Of a DNA stretch of 64,000 bases, positions 58,898 through 64,000 are shown piece after piece. The stretch covers positions 365,642 to 429,641 of the forward strand of contig CAZMZH010000002.1 in assembly GCA_964570665.1 (NCBI GenBank). The letters run 5' to 3'. Positions within the stretch are counted from its first letter, which is position 1; each line of letters begins with the position of its first letter. The notes under the pieces were generated by a model, which saw only the letters and a program-made list of their open reading frames with translations, was not told where the DNA came from and ran no database searches. The DNA is from an uncultured Nitrospinota bacterium. GTDB lineage: Bacteria; Nitrospinota; Nitrospinia; Nitrospinales; JAJDAT01. The position numbers and the translations under genes were made by a program.

Positions 58898-59392
58898 ATG
58901 GTGGCGAGGGCAGTTTTAATATTTTTTTATTTCATTCTATTTTCTGGACAGTCCGCTGTTGCGGGCTCTTTGCAGGACCGTTTTATTGATAATAAAAATG
59001 ATACGATTTCCGATTCAAAAACGGGTCTTATGTGGCAAAAGAAAGATTCTTATCACGATAGAAAATCGGGACTGAATTGGTATGACGCATTAGACTATGC
59101 AGAACGGAAAAACGGACAAAAATTTGCGGGTTTTATTGATTGGAGACTCCCTACCATGGCAGAAATAAAAGCCATTTGGGATTTTAACTTGCCTAATTTA
59201 AGTAAAGACGAAGAGCATATTGGCTTGCCAAAACAATTTGCAGGCAAGGGAAGTTATTATTTGTGGGCAAGCGACGAAAGAGGTTTAGATTTTGCCTGGT
59301 ATTTTGGTTTAGGTCAGGCTGAAGATTATTTTAACTTAAAAGATTCGAGCGATTTGGGGCAGGGCGTTAAATTAGTTCGAAAAGAAAAATAA
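58898..59392 (+). CDS. Secreted DUF1566 (Lcl C-terminal / C-type-lectin-like fold) protein
   Basis: Signal peptide, then TISDSKTGLMWQKKDS ... LNWYDALDYAE ... FIDWRLPTMAEIKAIW, the DUF1566 signature as I recall it. Confidence 0.7.
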   Translation: MVARAVLIFFYFILFSGQSAVAGSLQDRFIDNKNDTISDSKTGLMWQKKDSYHDRKSGLNWYDALDYAERKNGQKFAGFIDWRLPTMAEIKAIWDFNLPNLSKDEEHIGLPKQFAGKGSYYLWASDERGLDFAWYFGLGQAEDYFNLKDSSDLGQGVKLVRKEK

Positions 59393-59448
59393 ACAAGTGG
59401 TCTTTAAGGTGTTTTGCCAAAGGCCGTTTTATTTGCGAGGTAGCCGCA

Positions 59449-61173
59449 ATGAATCCTTTTAAATCCTTACTGTCTCTCAACAAAAATGGGTTGACGTGGA
59501 TTTGGTTAGTATTTTTTTGTTCTTTGTATTTGATCCAACCTAAATTGGTTTTAAGCCATAGTGTAGGCGAGAAGAAACACGATTTAGATAATATGGTTCC
59601 AAAACCCGACGGGATGATCCAGTTTGATAAGGATAGTAAGCCTGGCCAAGAATACTTAAAAGAAAAATCAGAAAAAGACGATCCTTTTCGAACGATGGGC
59701 GCCCACGATTTGATGGGCCATGATATGGGTAAAAGCCAACTTGCTCCCGGTAAAGCCTTATTAGCTAGAGGCAAAGCTATTTATATGCATATGTGCGTGT
59801 TTTGCCACGGGAAGGATGGAAATGGAGGCGGTCCTGCAATGAGCTTTTTATATCCCTGGCCTCGTGATTTTAGATCGGGGATTTTTAAATTTCGTTCGAC
59901 ACCAACAGGAACTTTGCCTCATGATAGAGATATTTATCGGACTATCATTAGAGGTATTTCTGGAACTTCAATGCCTAATTGGTCTGCGGCCCTTTCGCCT
60001 CAAGACACTTGGGCTTTGGTAAATATGATAAAAAGTTTTTCTCCTAGATTTAAGTCTGAACCTCCAGGAAAAGCGGTCGCAATTTCTGAACCTCCCAAAG
60101 CTTCCGCAGAGTCCATTACAAGAGGTCAAGATTTATTCTTGAAGCATAAATGCGCGAATTGCCATGGAAAATCTGGGAGAGGCGACGGCAAATTGGCAGA
60201 GTCTTTGATGGATGCTTGGAAGCATGCTGTATTTGTTCATGATATTACCAATCCAGCATATTTGAAAGCTGGCCATGATGCAAAATCTATCTTCCGTACT
60301 CTTTCTACAGGTTTGGATGGAACTCCGATGGAATCATATGCCCATCTTCCTGAGAAAGACCGCTGGGATTTAACAAATTTTATTCGTTCGCGTTTTACTA
60401 AAGAAATAAAAAATGCCGCTTTCGAAACAGATGTATATTCTAAAAAAGTTAATTTTGAATTAGATACAGAAGTTTATAGTCCTGTTTGGGAAGGAGTTGA
60501 ATCCACCGATATTGTTTTGCGGCCGCTTTCTGCAAGACGCGGCGCAGTTGAAACCATTAATTTTTCTGCGGTAAATAATGGAGAGCAACTTGCTGTGCGT
60601 TTAAGATGGAAGGACCCAACGCCGGACGAAGATCAAACCTTAGGCGATCAATATTTGGATCAAGCGGCGATGCAATTTGCTCTTGGTTCTGTAACGTTGC
60701 ACACCCATGGTCATAACGAACCATTTTGGGGAATGGGTAATCGTGGAAAGCCTGTAAATATTTGGCATTGGCGCTCTGGTTTAGAAAAAGCTTTAGAAAA
60801 AGCGGAAGATGAAGAATATCACGGCGATGTTGATATGGACGCTCTGATTTTTGGAGGCCAATATTCAAGTCCTGCCGCAGCTTTGAATAGACCTCAAGAA
60901 ACTGCGATTACAGAGTTAAACGCAGAAGGATTTGGTACGATCACTCCTCAACCTTCAGATAACCAGCATGTTATTGGATCTGGTCGATGGAAAGACGGCG
61001 AGTGGACGGTGGTATTTTTGCGGGATATGATTCCTTTAGGTAAGTGGGATATAAATTTAACCAGAAAAGATCCTATCCTAGTTGCGTTTGCAGTTTGGGA
61101 TGGGTTGAAAGAAGATAGAAATGGCCGTAAGGTGGTTAGCGTTTGGCAACGTTTGAATATCTTGGCTAAATAG
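59449..61173 (+). CDS. Membrane-anchored/secreted diheme c-type cytochrome fused to an EB_dh-like (ethylbenzene dehydrogenase gamma/DOMON-type) heme-binding domain
   Basis: N-terminal hydrophobic helix. Two class-I heme motifs CVFCHGKDGNGGG and CANCHGKSGRGDG with distal Met regions (GTSMPNW, GTPMESY). The C-terminal ~230 aa has QAAMQFALG ... WGMGNRGKPVNIWHWRSG resembling EB_dh. The C-terminal call is from memory. Confidence 0.7.
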   Translation: MNPFKSLLSLNKNGLTWIWLVFFCSLYLIQPKLVLSHSVGEKKHDLDNMVPKPDGMIQFDKDSKPGQEYLKEKSEKDDPFRTMGAHDLMGHDMGKSQLAPGKALLARGKAIYMHMCVFCHGKDGNGGGPAMSFLYPWPRDFRSGIFKFRSTPTGTLPHDRDIYRTIIRGISGTSMPNWSAALSPQDTWALVNMIKSFSPRFKSEPPGKAVAISEPPKASAESITRGQDLFLKHKCANCHGKSGRGDGKLAESLMDAWKHAVFVHDITNPAYLKAGHDAKSIFRTLSTGLDGTPMESYAHLPEKDRWDLTNFIRSRFTKEIKNAAFETDVYSKKVNFELDTEVYSPVWEGVESTDIVLRPLSARRGAVETINFSAVNNGEQLAVRLRWKDPTPDEDQTLGDQYLDQAAMQFALGSVTLHTHGHNEPFWGMGNRGKPVNIWHWRSGLEKALEKAEDEEYHGDVDMDALIFGGQYSSPAAALNRPQETAITELNAEGFGTITPQPSDNQHVIGSGRWKDGEWTVVFLRDMIPLGKWDINLTRKDPILVAFAVWDGLKEDRNGRKVVSVWQRLNILAK

Positions 61174-62507
61174 TGGATCGTTTTTTTATCCTAAATAATT
61201 CTAAGGCCCAGAAACAAGATTTTTTAAAAATCTTGTTTCTGGGCCTTTTTTGTTTTGTTGGACTCTATGAGGGGGGAAACGTTTTTGCAAATGAAGTAAA
61301 AGGTTTAGAAGAAGTCGCTCGATTATTAAAGTTTCATAGGCCAATATTATCTTCCCAACCTCCGTCTGATCGTTTTGAGAAAAAGGTTTTATTATTTTCT
61401 AACTCTCAGCCTGTTTTGTTTTCTATTCCTGGTTTCCAGTCGTTTAATTGCGGAAAATGCCATAAGCCTGAGGCGCTAATTGAAAAAGCGACTCAAAGAA
61501 TTATTAGAATAATAGTCCGTATGAAAAAAGTCCTTCCTCAAGTTGGAGAGATTCCACTTCGCCAGTATATTATCCAAACCTACTCAAACCCCCTGCTGCA
61601 GGCTAAGCAATTTGCCCATGCAACCTTTGACACGATTAGATTATTTCCAAGGACCATCATTGTTGATGCAGAGGTATATGGCCATGAGACTCAGTATCAT
61701 GAAATTCTTCATTTGACTCAACCTTTTGTAGGCCATCCTAACGAGTTAGAGGCATATGGGCTAAATATTCGCTCTGATCCTCGTTTTATGTTTTTAAATT
61801 TCCCTTACTTTGAAAATGTTTTTAAAGGATTTTTTAAAGCTGATTTTGGCGGGATGTTAAATAGATTCTATGGGCGGGATCTCAGAGGTTTTAAAGGAGT
61901 GCCGGAACAAATTCTTCAGTTTAGCGAACCTTTTGAATCTGAAACTTTGGAGGCTGTCGCAAAGTCTATTGAACAAATGGAACCAGTTCTTGATAAAGCT
62001 TCCACAATTATTCGTCAGTATCCTTTAGAATCCGCATATCTCAGTGAACAAACGGGAGTGAGATCTTTAATTCTTGATTTGGCGGCAGTTCTAACTTTAA
62101 AGTTACCACAATTAAAAACTTCTCAAGAAACCACTAGAAAAGCTTTTGATTTATTAAATCAACAGTTTGATAAAACTGATAATACGAACTTAGGATATGT
62201 CATTGACCGGAAAAATGAAGCGTTAACCATTTTAAAATATCAGAACAAAGTTAAGAATGACATCGAACGACTTTCTTTATATTTTCATTTTCTAAAAAAA
62301 CGATTTTTTTCTAAAGAAGGTATTCTTGATTTAACCCCTATAGACACAGAAGATTTCAAAAATTACGTGGATAGGAAATTAAAAAATATTGAAAAAATGT
62401 TGGAAATTGATGGAATAACTGAAATTGAAATCGCTGGCGGGAAGGAAATAATTGATTCAATAAAAAAAGAACTCCAAGCGAAAGAAGAATCGCTTGGAGT
62501 TCAATAG
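61173..62507 (+). CDS. Hypothetical protein with HExxH and CXXCH motifs (start uncertain)
   Basis: 444-aa frame open from a GTG that overlaps the cytochrome stop (TAGTG). Signal-like N-terminus FLKILFLGLFCFVGLYEGGNVFA|N, then CGKCH and YHEILHLTQP. The hairpin at 61203-61256 lies inside the first 30 codons. Confidence 0.55.
   Translation: MDRFFILNNSKAQKQDFLKILFLGLFCFVGLYEGGNVFANEVKGLEEVARLLKFHRPILSSQPPSDRFEKKVLLFSNSQPVLFSIPGFQSFNCGKCHKPEALIEKATQRIIRIIVRMKKVLPQVGEIPLRQYIIQTYSNPLLQAKQFAHATFDTIRLFPRTIIVDAEVYGHETQYHEILHLTQPFVGHPNELEAYGLNIRSDPRFMFLNFPYFENVFKGFFKADFGGMLNRFYGRDLRGFKGVPEQILQFSEPFESETLEAVAKSIEQMEPVLDKASTIIRQYPLESAYLSEQTGVRSLILDLAAVLTLKLPQLKTSQETTRKAFDLLNQQFDKTDNTNLGYVIDRKNEALTILKYQNKVKNDIERLSLYFHFLKKRFFSKEGILDLTPIDTEDFKNYVDRKLKNIEKMLEIDGITEIEIAGGKEIIDSIKKELQAKEESLGVQ
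61203..61256 (+). terminator. Perfect 45-nt palindrome (20-22 bp stem) followed by a T-tract: intrinsic-terminator-like hairpin
   Basis: Hand pairing gives 61205-61224 with 61226-61245 with no mismatch (GGCCCAGAAACAAGATTTTT/AAAAATCTTGTTTCTGGGCC), plus AA/TT extension. TTTTTTGTTTT follows. It starts 30 nt after the cytochrome stop codon. Confidence 0.6.
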
Positions 62508-62536
62508 TTTTTCTAAATACTTTTTTGTTTTCTAGC

Positions 62537-63067
62537 TTATATATTTTCGCCTGAAGTAATCATTGCCGGGCCTTTTACATGGTCGGCCAAAGTTTCATTT
62601 TGTACTTTGTCTTGTAATTTAATGAGGGCGTCAATTACCATTTCTGGTCGTGGAGGACATCCGGGAATATAAACATCCACTGGAATCAGAGTATCGATTC
62701 CCATAACTGTGGAATAATTGTCATAAAATCCACCGGAAACTGTGCAAACTCCGTAAGCTACAACCCATTTAGGCTCGGCCATTTGATTATAAACTTTTGT
62801 CAAAATGGGAGCTTGTTTATGGCTAATTGTTCCAACCACCATTAACAAATCTGCTTGTCGGGGAGAAAACCTAGGAAAAGCGGCTCCAAAACGATCAAGA
62901 TCGTACCGAGGCCCTGCCACTGACATAAACTCCATACCGCAACACGCGGTAATGAACGGGTAAATAAAGAAAGAATATTTTCTAGCCCAGTTAATAGCTT
63001 GGGTCATTTGAGTAACTATGACATTATTCCCTAAGCTCATTTCTAGGTCGGATCGAGCGCCAGCCAT
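62537..63067 (-). CDS. nuoB: NADH-quinone oxidoreductase subunit B homolog (NuoB/20-kDa N2 cluster subunit), genomically isolated
   Basis: 176 aa with ACCGMEF, SPRQADLLMVVGT, GVCTVSGG and PGCPPRPE, so all four N2 cluster Cys positions are present. No nuoA or nuoC flank it. Confidence 0.88.
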   Translation of the reverse strand: MAGARSDLEMSLGNNVIVTQMTQAINWARKYSFFIYPFITACCGMEFMSVAGPRYDLDRFGAAFPRFSPRQADLLMVVGTISHKQAPILTKVYNQMAEPKWVVAYGVCTVSGGFYDNYSTVMGIDTLIPVDVYIPGCPPRPEMVIDALIKLQDKVQNETLADHVKGPAMITSGENI

Positions 63068-63267
63068 GCAGAACTCCTTTTTATATAAATGGTGACTCTA
63101 TAACGATTTTAGTATATCATCATAAAAAGATTTCAAAAAAAAATCAAACAATAACTTTAATTCGATAATATTAATTATTGGATTTATTTTTTTTCATAAA
63201 AGCGTTAGATTTTTCTGGTAGTTTTTTAACGTTCTTTATTTTTAGAATTTTTGGGAGAATTTAATTT

Positions 63268-63837
63268 ATGACATATTTTTCCGCCGAACAACCGCGGTTC
63301 ATGTCAAAGTCCGAATCCGAAAAATTGTTTCAAGCCCAACTTAGCAAAGATGGTAAAACTTTAGATGTAACGGCGATGCATTTAGAGGAAATTGGGGCAA
63401 AGGATGTATCTAATAGCGAGTTAGTCTCAGAAATTACTTCCCTCGAATTTGGAAACAATTTGTGCGGTGCAAAAGGCGCTCGGCATATTGCAAAATCAAA
63501 ATATCTTACTAATTTAACTTCGCTTAATCTTTTTTATAATAGGATTTTAGACGAAGGTTGTAAGCATATTGCAGTCTCAGATAATCTTCTTTCCTTAAAG
63601 AATCTAAATTTATCCGATAACGAGATTGGAGATGAAGGCGCCGTCATGTTGGCAAAGTTTTTACCTTTATTTACTAATTTAGTTAGGTTAGATATGAGGT
63701 ACAACCGGCTTAAAGAAGAGGGTAAAGATGCAATGAGAGAAGTTCAAAAGGTGATGGGATTGAAACATCTCCTACTAGATAAAGATGAAGGATATAATAT
63801 AGAGGAAAAAGGAAGTCGCACGCGGTTTGGTTATTAA
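63268..63837 (+). CDS. Cytoplasmic RNI-type leucine-rich-repeat protein (no signal peptide)
   Basis: 189 aa with repeats LTSLNLFYNRILDEGCKHIAVS, LKNLNLSDNEIGDEGAVMLAKF and LVRLDMRYNRLKEEGKDAM. The N-terminus is hydrophilic. Confidence 0.8.
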   Translation: MTYFSAEQPRFMSKSESEKLFQAQLSKDGKTLDVTAMHLEEIGAKDVSNSELVSEITSLEFGNNLCGAKGARHIAKSKYLTNLTSLNLFYNRILDEGCKHIAVSDNLLSLKNLNLSDNEIGDEGAVMLAKFLPLFTNLVRLDMRYNRLKEEGKDAMREVQKVMGLKHLLLDKDEGYNIEEKGSRTRFGY

Positions 63838-64000
63838 TTTGAAATTTCTTTAAGCGGGGCCAGTTTAGAGTTTTCAAATATGGTCCTGATATCTCCAAAA
63901 TGTATTCCTGTGATTTCTAGCGACTTGTCCAACCTTTGTCCCTTATATACCGTTGTCCATACGGTACTTCCCATTTCCTGAACATTTTGGATAAGTCTAT
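63834..64000 (-). CDS. C-terminal 54 codons of an unidentified gene entering from beyond the window
   Basis: Minus-strand frame open from the window edge to a TAA at 63836-63834 (..RLIQNVQEMGSTVWTTVYKGQRLDKSLEITGIHFGDIRTIFENSKLAPLKEISN). It overlaps the LRR gene stop by 4 nt. Too short to identify. Confidence 0.3.
   Translation of the reverse strand, partial: RLIQNVQEMGSTVWTTVYKGQRLDKSLEITGIHFGDIRTIFENSKLAPLKEISN

Noticed and set aside
1-64000. CRISPR arrays, transposases, integrases, phage genes or obvious genomic-island boundaries such as tRNA-flanked direct repeats.
   Set aside because: None seen. The only tRNA (50091-50170) is followed by the conserved tig-clpP-clpX-lon block, and I noticed no flanking direct repeat of its 3' end.

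Overview
AT-rich (judged by eye, not computed) bacterial chromosomal segment, densely coding on both strands. I saw no rRNA, CRISPR array, transposase, integrase or reverse transcriptase. Lineage is not assignable from sequence alone.

Housekeeping blocks:
- 1-10.6 kb: truncated carboxyltransferase gene, trkH-trkA, hflC-hflK, pilD, recX-recA.
- 45.9-47.8 kb: mnmG.
- 50.1-56.0 kb: tRNA-Leu(UAG)-tig-clpP-clpX-lon.
- 62.5-63.1 kb: an isolated nuoB.

Accessory-looking blocks:
- 11.3-22.2 kb: a seven-gene chemosensory operon, cheB, cheR(TPR), cheA(REC), REC-GAF-PAS-class III cyclase, cheW, cheW-like, and an MCP with a CXXCH-containing periplasmic sensor.
- 22.6-34.3 kb: a run of exported fold or repeat proteins. 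These are a lipoprotein, an FGE-type enzyme with N-terminal heme-c motifs, an FG-GAP lipoprotein, then a co-directional NHL propeller, two RNI-type LRR proteins, a lipoprotein caspase with an EF-hand loop, and a third CheW.
- 34.5-45.6 kb: an envelope glycosylation cluster with two putative GT-C membrane transferases (one TPR-fused), two DPM1/ArnC-like GT2s, a GT4, an SGNH esterase and NDP-sugar enzymes.
- 57-63 kb: redox proteins, namely a Trx-NHL protein with a CCINC motif, a diheme cytochrome c fused to an EB_dh-like domain, and an HExxH/CXXCH protein.

The two best candidates for an undescribed system are the exported NHL/LRR/caspase module and the chemosensory pathway whose response-regulator output is a nucleotidyl cyclase. 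All functional calls rest on motif and architecture recognition by eye plus the supplied ORF track. No database search, HMM scan or folding calculation was run.
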